DNA of 32,000 nucleotides from Moraxella nasovis (GTDB lineage Bacteria; Pseudomonadota; Gammaproteobacteria; Pseudomonadales; Moraxellaceae): NCBI RefSeq assembly GCF_022701215.1, contig NZ_CP089976.1, positions 90,001 to 122,000 of the forward strand, read 5' to 3'. Shown piece by piece: positions 18,837 to 28,229 of this stretch (position 1 is its first letter; each line of letters starts with the position of its first letter). The notes under the pieces were generated by a model. It saw only the letters and a program-made list of their open reading frames with translations, ran no database searches and was not told where the DNA came from. The position numbers and the translations under genes were made by a program.

Positions 18837-20129
18837 ATGAAAACACAGCAAGACCCAGACACTTACCGCCATCTTACGTCAGATATCGACCTACATGACA
18901 CACCACCAAAATCCCATCTGGCAGAACTTGACGAAGAACAAAACTTGCGTGTAGACAACGACGAACACGAAGATGGCGATCACGACGAGCGTGAAGAAGA
19001 GCTTAGCCTACCAGACAACCAAGACAGCTACATCTACGGCGACGCTGACGCCACCGATGAAGACACCATTGAGACGATGACGGTTTACGACCCTGATGCC
19101 GATCGTTTTGAAGACTTTGAAGAAAATTCTGGTGATAACGAAACAGTCGTCTGCTACGCCTACTCTCGTAAGACAGGCGAACCATTAGAGCAGTTGGCTA
19201 TTGATGAAGTGAGCCGTGCTTTAACTAATAACAACCAATTTATTTGGCTTGGGTTATATGATCCAAGTTTTGAGACCGTTCAAGAAGTTCAAGACGCATT
19301 TGACCTGCATGAGCTTGCTTTAGAAGATGCGTTTGCCGACCATCAGCGTCCAAAGGTTGAAAACTACGGCAACGATACCATTTTTGTCGTCGTACGTACC
19401 GCTAAGCTTGAAGACAATCAGATCCGCTATGGCACGACAGCTATTTTCATGGGTAAAAACTTCATCATCACCGTGCGACGTGGTGCATCCAACTCCTATA
19501 CGCCTGTGCGTGAACACTACCATCGCCGACCAGAACGCTTACGACTGGGCCCAGTGTTCGTATTGCACGCCCTATTAGACTTTATTGTGGATAATTACTT
19601 GCCGATTACAGACCGACTTGGCAACTACTTGCGTGAACAAGAACGTAACATCTTCTCGTATGAATTTAGTAAATCCACCCTAAAAAGTCTTTATGAGTTA
19701 AAATCGCAATTGGTTCATATGCGTGCTGTGATTTTACCCGTCCAAGATGTGTGTAATTTTTTTATCAATCATAACAACAAAAACGAGCTTACGCTTGGCT
19801 TTCCTGCTACCGCTAAGCCTTATTTTCGTGACGTAAACGACCATTTGCTCCGCTCAATCGATGCTCTAAATGGTCTAAATGAGATGCTATCACTGGCGAT
19901 GGATACTTATATGGCAATGGTAACCATGGGACAAAACGACGTGGTTCGAAAGCTGGCTGCATGGGCAGGTATCGCTGCTGTGCCGACTGCGGTGGCAGGC
20001 ATTTATGGCATGAACTTTGATGTGATGCCAGAGCTGCATTGGCAATATGGGTATTTTATGGTGGTGGGGTTTGTACTGATTGTGTGCTTTTATCTGCATT
20101 ATAAATTCAGAAAAGCAGGCTGGTTATAA
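18837..20129 (+). CDS. corA: CorA-family Mg2+/Co2+ transporter with an acidic N-terminal extension
   Basis: YGMNF signature and two C-terminal TM helices. 430 aa, versus about 316 aa in E. coli CorA. The first ~100 residues are strongly Asp/Glu-rich. Confidence 0.85.
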   Translation: MKTQQDPDTYRHLTSDIDLHDTPPKSHLAELDEEQNLRVDNDEHEDGDHDEREEELSLPDNQDSYIYGDADATDEDTIETMTVYDPDADRFEDFEENSGDNETVVCYAYSRKTGEPLEQLAIDEVSRALTNNNQFIWLGLYDPSFETVQEVQDAFDLHELALEDAFADHQRPKVENYGNDTIFVVVRTAKLEDNQIRYGTTAIFMGKNFIITVRRGASNSYTPVREHYHRRPERLRLGPVFVLHALLDFIVDNYLPITDRLGNYLREQERNIFSYEFSKSTLKSLYELKSQLVHMRAVILPVQDVCNFFINHNNKNELTLGFPATAKPYFRDVNDHLLRSIDALNGLNEMLSLAMDTYMAMVTMGQNDVVRKLAAWAGIAAVPTAVAGIYGMNFDVMPELHWQYGYFMVVGFVLIVCFYLHYKFRKAGWL

Positions 20130-20542
20130 GCGGGTTTATATAACCTGCATCACTTAGCGTGCAATCGTGTGGTTTGGTGTACGGATAGTAGCTTTTTTTT
20201 GGCGAGCTGTTTATTTTGCTATTTATCACTCCACAAAGCTTAACTTAAATTACAAAGATTGGGGGGTTTATAAACACCCCTTAGCCATGTACCATATCAA
20301 AAATCAGCCAACTTTGACCAGTAAATCGCTTGGCAAAAGCCCACCCAATGACCATTTATTCCATTCACCTTATTTCATCAACCTAACATCTTGACACTTA
20401 CAGCTTTACTCTGTACTTATAAATTTATACCTTTAAATAAGTCTTCACCCTTAAAATTTAGATAGCAAAATAAAATCATCCATAAAAGCATTTATAAGAC
20501 CATGTCACCCATTTGTTTTTATTAACACCTAAAAAAAATATC

Positions 20543-20571
20543 TTGGGGGGGGGTAAAACTTATGCTAAAAT
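20543..20571 (+). promoter_or_regulatory. Predicted autotransporter promoter with a G9 tract in the -35/-10 spacer
   Basis: TTGGGG (20543-20548), a 17-nt spacer, then TGcTAAAAT (TG at 20563-20564, hexamer at 20566-20571). The G-run spans 20545-20553. It lies 77 nt upstream of the ATG at 20648. Confidence 0.5.
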
Positions 20572-20647
20572 AAATTACATTTGCAATAATTTTACACAAA
20601 TATTGCCAAATCCATCATTTTTCATAGATTTTATTAAGGGTTGTTGT

Positions 20648-23600
20648 ATGAATCAAGTATATCGTGTTATTTTCAATCATGCGACTGGTGTATGGCAGTC
20701 GGTATCAGAAATCGCTAAAAGTAATGGTAAAACTAAAAGTATCAAATTAGCGGTTGCTACTTGTGGTATTTTAGCAAGTGCCGCTCATGCAGATAATTTT
20801 AATAGTTCCGTCAATCTAGAAGATTATGTTGTAGGGGCAAATGATACAATTAGCGGTGCAAATACCATTGTGTCAACAAACAGCACATTCGTCAGTCATG
20901 ATGGCGATGCAAATTTGACGATTAAAGATGGTGCCAAACTAACGAGCAGTCAAAATATCATTTTGGGTGCGTTTAATACATCCACCAATGCAAAAATTAC
21001 CCTAGACAATGGCACACTTGAACAAACCGAACCTTTTGATGGTAAAAATTATCGCTTCATCGCCGCAGGTCTTACCAAGGGAAATTCTAGCATTGATGCC
21101 AAAAATCATTCAAGCATTCTAGCCAAAGACTCTATAGTGATTGGCTTGGAAGAAAATGCAACAGGTGTAGTCAATTTGGACAATTCTACAATTGACGTTG
21201 GTAATGAAGTTTCAATCGGCAGTACAGGCAAAGGTGCATTACATCTTAATAATCAATCCAAAGGTAAATTTAACAATATTTATCTTGGTAGTCATAAAGA
21301 ACAGTCAATCGGTGATGGCACATTTACTGCAACAAATTCAACACTTGATGTGCAAGACAGTATCATCGTTGGCGATGTTGGCACAGGTTCATTGACATTT
21401 GATAATACCCCAACTGTTGTACGCCAATTAACTATCGGACAAAGCAAAGGCGGTGTTGGCACTGCTAGCATCAACAATTCAGAACTTAATGTAAAATCAC
21501 TAAATGTTGGTACGGCAGGCAAAGGCTCATTAACTCTTAACAACACAAATTTAACAGAAGGTCAATCGGTCATTGAGATTGGTGGCAAATCCACAGGTGA
21601 AGGCAAGCTGATCGTTGGTAACCAAAGCACAATTAAAGCAGGCACAATCACGGTTGCCAATGAAGGACAAGGTTCATTAAATTTGGCAAAAAATACCGAC
21701 ACTAAGAGCGATTTTTTGTATGTTGGTGGTGTAGCAAATAGACAAATTCCCTTAGCCAATCCTAATACAATTTATGGTAAAGCTGAGATTCTTGGCAAAT
21801 TGACTGTTATTGATGATATCAATGTTGGCATTGAAGGTCGGGGCGAATTGATTGCCTTAGGTGCAACTATCAATGCCAATCAGTTATTACTTGGCTATGA
21901 AAAAACAGGTCAAGCAATCGCCAAGATTAGCGATAAGAGTATTGTAAATACCAAAAATCTAAGTGTTGGCAGAGACGGAACTGCTAACTTAACCATTGAT
22001 TCTGGCAGTCAATTGACCAATAATAACTTGATTATCATTGCAGGTAGTGGTGTCAGTCAAACTGGCAATTCATCGACTTTAACGGTTGATGGTGCAGGCA
22101 CGGTATTAAACAATAAAGGCGATATGAGTGTAGCGTCAGGATTGAGGCATTTAGGCACACTTAATGTTAGCAATAATGCAACAGTAAAAAATGCTGACAC
22201 CTTAACCATCTCTAGTATCTTAAATTGGCGTAATAACAATTTATCAGGTTCAATTGGTACAGTTAATTTGACGAATAATGCCAATTTACAAAGCAATTTC
22301 ATTGAGATGTTTGGCAAAGAAAGCAATTTAAACGTAACTAATGCAACTGTCAACACCAATCAAATTGCTAGAAAAATTACAGGTGAAGATCAAAATGGCA
22401 AGATTGTTGACATCTTATCATTTGGCGTACAACCAACTACCAAAATCACACTTGATAATGCAACAGTTAAACTCAACCAAAATCAAAATAAGCTGTTTAG
22501 CGGTTTTCAAAAGACAGACACTATTGAGATAAAAAATGGCGGAGCAAATTTTGATACGCAAAAATATCAAGTTGGTATTGCAGATACCGCAAAAATCACA
22601 GGTGCAGGTAATTTCAACAAGCTAGGTACTGGCACATTAACTTTAAATAGCGATAGTAAAGCATGGCGTGGCGAGACGCATATCAATGAAGGTGTGTTAA
22701 AAATCAATGGCGACTACACCATGAAAGACGGGGAAGTTTTGGCAATCGGTCTGAATAATCAGACCGACTATGGTCAATTAGCCGTTACAGGTCAAGCGGT
22801 AATTGACAATGGGGTGCTTAAAGTAAAAGCCTCCGACATTGTCAAAATATTGGTGACAAGCGATACACCAACCAGCGAATGGAAAAATATTGTCAAAGCA
22901 AAAACTCGTACAGGCAAATTCAAAGAGGTGCAGTTTATTGACCAAAGGGGTATAAATATCGCCAATGTCGGTATTGAAGCCAACTATGATGACAACACAG
23001 CGGTTCATCTACACGCGAAAAAACCTGTAACGCCAACGCCAACGCCAACGCCAACGCCAACGCCAACGCCAACGCCAACGCCAACGCCAACGCCAACGCC
23101 AACGCCAACGCCAACGCCAACGCCAACGCCAACGCCAACGCCAACGCCAACGCCAACGCCAACGCCAACGCCAACGCCAACGCCAACGCCAACGCCAACG
23201 CCAACGCCAACGCCAACGCCAACGCCAACGCCAACGCCAACGCCAACGCCAACGCCAACGCCAACGCCAACGCCAACGCCAACGCCAACGCCAACGCCAA
23301 CGCCAACGCCAACGCCAACGCCAACGCCAACGCCAACGCCAACGCCAACGCCAACGCCAACGCCAACGCCAACGCCAACGCAGTCTAGCGATTTTGAAAC
23401 GGCTGTCAAGAGCGAAAATAAAAATAATTTGGTGAATTTAGCACAAGTGCTAGATAAGAACAAAAATACACAAACCGACCCACTGGGCTTGGCATTAACG
23501 TTAGGTGCAAGCGGATTAGATAACAGCGAACTTACCCAAGGTGTATCAGAAGTTGCTCCGCTACTACACGGCTCGGTCAATCGTGTGCTTGCCAATGCCC

Positions 23601-24478
23601 AAAGCTACGCCAAATCAGCGATAGACACTAGAAGCATTGACCGCTCTCGCTCAGTCTGGGCAAAAGCCATCGGCACAGACAGCACCTTAAAAGCCTTGGA
23701 TAATGGTCTAATGGGCTATGACGGACGTGATGTCGGAGCGATTGTCGGGGCAGATACCGCCATCGGTCAAGGCAATATTGGTATCGCCCTATCCTACATT
23801 GACAGCGATGTGGACAGCCGTGGCGATGCCCGCCATGAAGTCTTTGCCAAATCTAGCCAAGTCTTGATTTATGGCGATTATGACGTGAATGACAAAACAT
23901 CTATTCACGGTACGCTTGGTGTAGGTCGATCAGACATCAAAGGCACACGCCACATCAACACATTAACCGCAGGTAACCAAGCCCAAGCAAAATCAGATTA
24001 TAAGGCAGATAGCACGCAGGCAAGTTTTGAGATTCGTCATCAAATCGGCACCGATGAGCGTAACATCACGCCATTTACAGGATTAAGATATGACCACATC
24101 TTAGCAGATGGCTACACCGAAACTGGGGCAGGTGCTTATAATCTGACCGTCAAAGAGCAAGATTATAGCGAACTTAGTTCAACGCTTGGCTTTCGCTTTA
24201 ATCAAGCAGTCAGCCCGCACCTAAACCTGACAGGTGAGCTATCAGGTACGCTACATAATGGCGACAAACGTACCGGCATTCATGGTCAATTTACCAATAA
24301 TAATGAGAGTGATTTTTATCTACATGGTCGTGAACTTGGCAATGTCAGCGGTAAAGTGGGACTTGGTATGTCGTACAAGCCAACCCAGCACACAAGTTTA
24401 AGTCTTGGCTATCTGGGTAAATGGCGTAAGAACTATGACAGTCACGGCTTAATGCTTGATTTTACTATGAAATTTTAA
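20648..24478 (+). CDS. Classical (type Va) autotransporter, probable adhesin
   Basis: Start is at the ESPR-type extended signal peptide [25 protein letters not shown]…ASAAHA, with an AAGGG RBS. The passenger has ~25-aa beta-helix repeats (GxGxLxLxN…). A PATR-like repeat ([29 protein letters not shown]) follows, then a (TP)58 linker and a C-terminal beta-barrel ending …LDFTMKF. Confidence 0.9.
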   Translation: MNQVYRVIFNHATGVWQSVSEIAKSNGKTKSIKLAVATCGILASAAHADNFNSSVNLEDYVVGANDTISGANTIVSTNSTFVSHDGDANLTIKDGAKLTSSQNIILGAFNTSTNAKITLDNGTLEQTEPFDGKNYRFIAAGLTKGNSSIDAKNHSSILAKDSIVIGLEENATGVVNLDNSTIDVGNEVSIGSTGKGALHLNNQSKGKFNNIYLGSHKEQSIGDGTFTATNSTLDVQDSIIVGDVGTGSLTFDNTPTVVRQLTIGQSKGGVGTASINNSELNVKSLNVGTAGKGSLTLNNTNLTEGQSVIEIGGKSTGEGKLIVGNQSTIKAGTITVANEGQGSLNLAKNTDTKSDFLYVGGVANRQIPLANPNTIYGKAEILGKLTVIDDINVGIEGRGELIALGATINANQLLLGYEKTGQAIAKISDKSIVNTKNLSVGRDGTANLTIDSGSQLTNNNLIIIAGSGVSQTGNSSTLTVDGAGTVLNNKGDMSVASGLRHLGTLNVSNNATVKNADTLTISSILNWRNNNLSGSIGTVNLTNNANLQSNFIEMFGKESNLNVTNATVNTNQIARKITGEDQNGKIVDILSFGVQPTTKITLDNATVKLNQNQNKLFSGFQKTDTIEIKNGGANFDTQKYQVGIADTAKITGAGNFNKLGTGTLTLNSDSKAWRGETHINEGVLKINGDYTMKDGEVLAIGLNNQTDYGQLAVTGQAVIDNGVLKVKASDIVKILVTSDTPTSEWKNIVKAKTRTGKFKEVQFIDQRGINIANVGIEANYDDNTAVHLHAKKPVTPTPTPTPTPTPTPTPTPTPTPTPTPTPTPTPTPTPTPTPTPTPTPTPTPTPTPTPTPTPTPTPTPTPTPTPTPTPTPTPTPTPTPTPTPTPTPTPTPTPTPTPTPTPTPTPTPTPTQSSDFETAVKSENKNNLVNLAQVLDKNKNTQTDPLGLALTLGASGLDNSELTQGVSEVAPLLHGSVNRVLANAQSYAKSAIDTRSIDRSRSVWAKAIGTDSTLKALDNGLMGYDGRDVGAIVGADTAIGQGNIGIALSYIDSDVDSRGDARHEVFAKSSQVLIYGDYDVNDKTSIHGTLGVGRSDIKGTRHINTLTAGNQAQAKSDYKADSTQASFEIRHQIGTDERNITPFTGLRYDHILADGYTETGAGAYNLTVKEQDYSELSSTLGFRFNQAVSPHLNLTGELSGTLHNGDKRTGIHGQFTNNNESDFYLHGRELGNVSGKVGLGMSYKPTQHTSLSLGYLGKWRKNYDSHGLMLDFTMKF
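23030..23382 (+). repeat. Perfect hexanucleotide tandem repeat (ACGCCA)x58 plus a partial unit, encoding (Thr-Pro)58
   Basis: Units were counted from coordinates: 23030-23377 is 348 nt of uninterrupted ACGCCA, followed by ACGCA. No variant unit is present. Confidence 0.97.
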
Positions 24479-24498
24479 GCACATTAGGTAAAAATAAA

Positions 24499-24526
24499 AG
24501 CCCCCTAACATAAGGGGGCTTTTATT
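24499..24526 (+). terminator. Rho-independent terminator after the autotransporter
   Basis: Stem AGCCCCCT/AGGGGGCT with a 6-nt loop, then TTTATT. Confidence 0.85.
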
Positions 24527-24649
24527 ATAAAAATTTTTATTGACACCAAAAGCAACACACAAAAAAGCTTAATCAAATCAATCATTTAACTGCCATTGCA
24601 AGCCTTTAGCCAACCCATCACAGCCTTTGCTATTTTAAATAAGCATACA

Positions 24650-25420
24650 TCATTGGGCTAAATTTAGATTTACCGTATCAATAGACAAACCACTGTTACT
24701 TACAAGACAACCACCCCACCCAAACACCGCCATCACCTGATTAAATTCATCGTCTGGCGGAGCGATGACCTGCACTTTGTTGCCATTCATGTCATCAAAG
24801 GTTAAGCTGTGGGCATGAAGCAGTAGCCGTGATACGCCTGTGTGTGCTTGCACCGCTTTGTTTTGGGCGGTGTCGCCATGCGTGGTATCGCCTACGATTG
24901 GGTGAAATAGATGTGTCATGTGCCGTCTTAATTGGTGCTTACGTCCTGTGATTGGCATAAGTTTGACCAGCGAATAGCGAGACGTGGCATAGCGTTTGGC
25001 AGAAACAAAGGGCATTTCACAAGTCGCCAAATTCTCATAATCAGTAATGGCAGACTGTGGGGCTTTATCACTGGCAAATTTATCAGCGATTTTGTCAAGC
25101 TTGACGGCAAGCGGATAGTCAATTCGCCCACACCCCAAAAGATGACCACGCACCACCGCAAGATAGGTCTTTTGTACGGTATGATGTTCAAATTGCAAAG
25201 ATAGCGTCCGAGCCGTATCAGACGATTTGGCGAACAAAAGCACCCCTGATGTCGGACGGTCTAGGCGGTGTACAGGATAGACATAAAGACCAAGCATATC
25301 ACGCAGTAGCGTCATCACAAATACGGTCTCATGCTTATCTAGCCACGAGCGATGAACGAGCATACGAGCAGGTTTATTGACCGCCACAAGGTCGTCATCT
25401 TGGTAGAGAATTTCTAGCAT
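24650..25420 (-). CDS. truC: tRNA pseudouridine(65) synthase TruC (RluA family)
   Basis: MLEILYQDDDLVAVNKP…HRLDRPTSGVLLFAK…TGRKHQLRRH appears near-collinear with E. coli TruC as I recall it. Confidence 0.8.
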   Translation of the reverse strand: MLEILYQDDDLVAVNKPARMLVHRSWLDKHETVFVMTLLRDMLGLYVYPVHRLDRPTSGVLLFAKSSDTARTLSLQFEHHTVQKTYLAVVRGHLLGCGRIDYPLAVKLDKIADKFASDKAPQSAITDYENLATCEMPFVSAKRYATSRYSLVKLMPITGRKHQLRRHMTHLFHPIVGDTTHGDTAQNKAVQAHTGVSRLLLHAHSLTFDDMNGNKVQVIAPPDDEFNQVMAVFGWGGCLVSNSGLSIDTVNLNLAQ

Positions 25421-25426
25421 TTGTAT

Positions 25427-26461
25427 TTATAAATCCGTCAAATCACAAAAAATCTCATCATACGCCATTTTTTCTTGGACATTTTGAGCGGTGGCGGTGA
25501 GTAGGTCGTCAAGTTTTGTTAAAAATATTTCTAGCTTTTCTAAACTCAGTGGCTTACTTTGTGATTGATTATTCATTAAATTTTTTATATCAATGTCTGT
25601 ATGCAAACTATCCATACCCAAATTAACTCGCACCACATCAGCCAGCATAAGCCTTGTTAGCACCACAAAATCGGTAAAAGATAGCACGCCTTGCCAATAA
25701 TCACTGGCTAAAATAGGCAAACGAGTGCCTGCTCGTAGGGCAAGCCACGTTTTTAGCCACAGCACTCTTTTATCAAACCATGCTTGATTGGGCAAATCCA
25801 CCGCACGCAATACCGCACCATCTGCCAAATTCAGCGTCAATCTTGCCAAATCTACATCACCCAATTTATCCGCCACAAACTGCAACGCCCCATCATAAAT
25901 AATAGTATTAAGTGGCAATACCTGCACACGGCTTTTGATGGTGGGTAGTAGCTTGGTTGGGTGGTCTGTGATTAGGATTAAATGCACGCCAAATCGTGGT
26001 TCTTCTAAGGTTTTTAAAAGGGCATTCCCCGCCCCTAGTGTCAATTTGTCGGCATAATCTAGTACGATAAGACGCAGACCATGCCCCTTGCTGTGGCTGT
26101 ATTCTTGTACAGACCGTATGTCGTCAATCTTGATAGATGATGGTTCATTATTGTCAGAAGTCGGCAGACTGGCAGACGGCAACACCAACAAATCAGGGTG
26201 CGTACCTGCGATGAGCCAAGTACAGCTCTCACACGCCCCACACGCCCCATCTTGCCCTTTGTCCTGACTTTTGTTTTGGCACAACAGCCACGCCACAGCA
26301 CGCCACACAAACGCCCGCTTGCCAATACCTGCCATACCGCTTGCCAGTAGTCCATGCGGTAATTTATCATCATAAAACTGATGTACCAATTGCTCCCACG
26401 CCTGTGCTTGCCAAGGCAGTAAGGGGGAGAAATAGGGTAATTGTGGGTTGTGGTTGGTCAT
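25427..26461 (-). CDS. holB: DNA polymerase III delta-prime subunit
   Basis: P-loop-like GMAGIGKRAF, Zn module CGACESCTW, LKTLEEP motif. 344 aa. Confidence 0.85.
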   Translation of the reverse strand: MTNHNPQLPYFSPLLPWQAQAWEQLVHQFYDDKLPHGLLASGMAGIGKRAFVWRAVAWLLCQNKSQDKGQDGACGACESCTWLIAGTHPDLLVLPSASLPTSDNNEPSSIKIDDIRSVQEYSHSKGHGLRLIVLDYADKLTLGAGNALLKTLEEPRFGVHLILITDHPTKLLPTIKSRVQVLPLNTIIYDGALQFVADKLGDVDLARLTLNLADGAVLRAVDLPNQAWFDKRVLWLKTWLALRAGTRLPILASDYWQGVLSFTDFVVLTRLMLADVVRVNLGMDSLHTDIDIKNLMNNQSQSKPLSLEKLEIFLTKLDDLLTATAQNVQEKMAYDEIFCDLTDL

Positions 26462-27025
26462 GTTATTTTAAGTTCACTTAGTTTTTTTAAGACAAATTCA
26501 TCAAATTCAAATACCATAATCCAAGGGAATTTATGTTTATAGCGATTAAAATCATCATAACCAAAATCGCCATAATAATTGATAATGGTGGATAATGGTG
26601 GATAATGCCGTGCCATGCGTACCAATAACCAACGTGTGATTTTTGTATTTGGCTAATAATTCATTTAATGCGTGAATATTTCTATCTTGGACTTCTTTTA
26701 AACTCTCGCCATTTGGTAATTTAAATTCAAAATCCTGCCATTGTCTTTGGCTAAATTCATCAAAATCATCTACCCAAGTGCCGATTTTTCTTTCACGAAA
26801 CTCATCAATAATCGCAATCTCTTTTTTAAAATAATCAGCGGTTGGCTTGATGGTGTCTATCGTCCTTTTGTAAGGACTGCTAAAAAATTCATCAATAGGC
26901 TTATCCTTAAACACATCAATAAGTTTATAACTTTGAATAATGCCATTGTCGGTTAATTCACGATTGACATCATCACGATTATGATAATTTGGCTCGCCGT
27001 GGCGAATAAAATAAATGGCGGTCAT
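26458..27025 (-). pseudogene. Histidine phosphatase (phosphoglycerate-mutase-like) gene, frameshifted by a 10-bp tandem duplication
   Basis: RHGEPNY catalytic motif and GTHGTALSTII. The current frame stops at 26555 after 11 aberrant residues. Deleting one copy of the duplication restores 40 further codons (NYYGDFGYDDFNRYKHKFPWIMVFEFDEFVLKKLSELKIT) ending in a TGA at 26458-26460 that overlaps the holB ATG. The start is ATG 27025 or GTG 27037. Confidence 0.75.
26581..26600. repeat. 10-bp perfect tandem duplication GATAATGGTG x2, followed by a partial third copy GATAATG
   Basis: Read directly from the sequence; it lies inside the histidine-phosphatase coding region. Confidence 0.95.
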
Positions 27026-27042
27026 TTTTACATCCACAAATT

Positions 27043-27831
27043 TTAAAACTTCAAAAACTCATCTATGCTCATATTATTTAGCCTATCCAAATCTTCCTTA
27101 GTATCCACCCCAAGCGGTAAATCCACACAAGCAACATCAATGGCGATTTTGTGATGGTTTTCTAAAATGCGTAACTGTTCTAGGCTTTCTATCCGTTCAA
27201 GACAGCCTTGTTCCCATCTGCCAAATTGCCTTAAAAGGCTCACACGATAAGCATACAGTCCCAGATGGCGATAGGCATTTTTGGGTGTGTCGCCAAGCTC
27301 GCCCTTTAAATGTCCGTCTCTGTCAAAAGGGATTGGGCTACGGCTAAAATACAACGCTTGCTTGCCCGCTTTGACGACTTTTACCACCGAATTTTTATAA
27401 AAATCATCATAATTATCAATCACTTCGCACAGTGTCGCCATGACACAGTCGCCCTGCTCTATGAGTAGATTTTTGGCTTGCTCTAAGAGTGCAGGCGGTA
27501 CAAGCGGTTCATCACCTTGCATATTGATGACGATGTCATCATCACCAAAACCAAGCAAATCTGCCACTTCACCAAGCCTGTCCGTGCCTGACTCATGCTC
27601 GCCTGTCATCACCACAGGCACGCCTGCACGCTCACACACCCCAAAAATCCGCTCATCATCGGTCGCCACACACACGCTGTCGGCAAAGGTGGCTCTCATC
27701 GCCTTGTCCGCCGTCCAAAGTATCATCGGCTTACCATGAATGTCAAGTAACGGCTTGGCAGGCAAGCGAGTGGAGTGGTAGCGGGCGGGGATAACGATGT
27801 GGGTTTTGGGGTGGTTTTTGGGTATGGTCAT
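27043..27831 (-). CDS. kdsB: 3-deoxy-manno-octulosonate cytidylyltransferase (CMP-KDO synthetase)
   Basis: IVIPARYHSTRLPAKPL N-terminus, MQGDEPL motif. 262 aa. Confidence 0.92.
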   Translation of the reverse strand: MTIPKNHPKTHIVIPARYHSTRLPAKPLLDIHGKPMILWTADKAMRATFADSVCVATDDERIFGVCERAGVPVVMTGEHESGTDRLGEVADLLGFGDDDIVINMQGDEPLVPPALLEQAKNLLIEQGDCVMATLCEVIDNYDDFYKNSVVKVVKAGKQALYFSRSPIPFDRDGHLKGELGDTPKNAYRHLGLYAYRVSLLRQFGRWEQGCLERIESLEQLRILENHHKIAIDVACVDLPLGVDTKEDLDRLNNMSIDEFLKF

Positions 27832-28101
27832 GGGATTTTCCGATATGATTAAATTGATAAAGTATTTTAGCTCGTCTTAGCCAATGATGGAAATTGGCGA
27901 CATCTACTTGTGCAATTGATGTGATGTCATTAAAATTTTTTCATCATAATCACGTTGTCATTCACATTTTATCCAAGTAGTACAACAGATAATACCAAAG
28001 CGACAGTTACCGAATTGGCGTGATAAATACATAACCCTTCATTCAAAGCCCATATGCCCCACTATCAATTTTATAATGTCCAATTAGAAAGTCTTATGTG
28101 G

Positions 28102-28167
28102 GTTGGCGTGGAGCGATAGCGACACCCAACTAAATTGGTTGCATTTGTTAGGTTTCGTAAGCCCAAC
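28102..28167 (-). repeat. Two REP-like imperfect palindromes with GTTGGG/CCCAAC-type arms
   Basis: On the minus strand, GTTGGGTG-N12-CACgCCAAC occupies 28102-28130 and GTTGGG-N9-CCTAAC occupies 28147-28167. Both lie in the 400-bp lpxK-kdsB spacer. The pattern resembles intergenic palindromic repeats of Moraxellaceae, from memory and unverified. Confidence 0.35.
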
Positions 28168-28229
28168 TTGTCCCACTCTATACTTTAAATTTTATCCATA
28201 ATAAAAGTTAAAAATAAGGTATGTTAAGT

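Noticed and set aside
20262-20267. G6 run within a small GGGGT…ACCCC hairpin downstream of corA
   Set aside because: The tract is short, the stem is weak at 5 bp, and no gene context suggests regulation.
20167-20394. 75-aa ORF in the corA-autotransporter intergenic region
   Set aside because: It has a GTG start without an RBS, an odd composition and no recognisable motif. It is probably a chance ORF in AT-rich intergenic DNA.
20513-20647. ORF-track N-terminal extension of the autotransporter (TTG start, 45 extra aa through the G-tract)
   Set aside because: The extension has no signal-peptide character. The canonical ESPR motif [14 protein letters not shown] begins at 20648 behind an AAGGG RBS. 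The extension is kept only as an alternative scenario in the poly-G finding.
23030-23382. Possible CRISPR array, because of a long regular repeat
   Set aside because: The period is 6 bp with no spacers, and the repeat lies inside an open reading frame. It is a coding microsatellite, not a CRISPR array.
22935-23595. Minus-strand ORFs of 147 and 196 aa translating to (AL)n and (GV)n
   Set aside because: These are antisense reading frames of the ACGCCA repeat. They stay open only because the repeat has no stop codons in those frames, and they lie wholly inside the well-supported autotransporter CDS.
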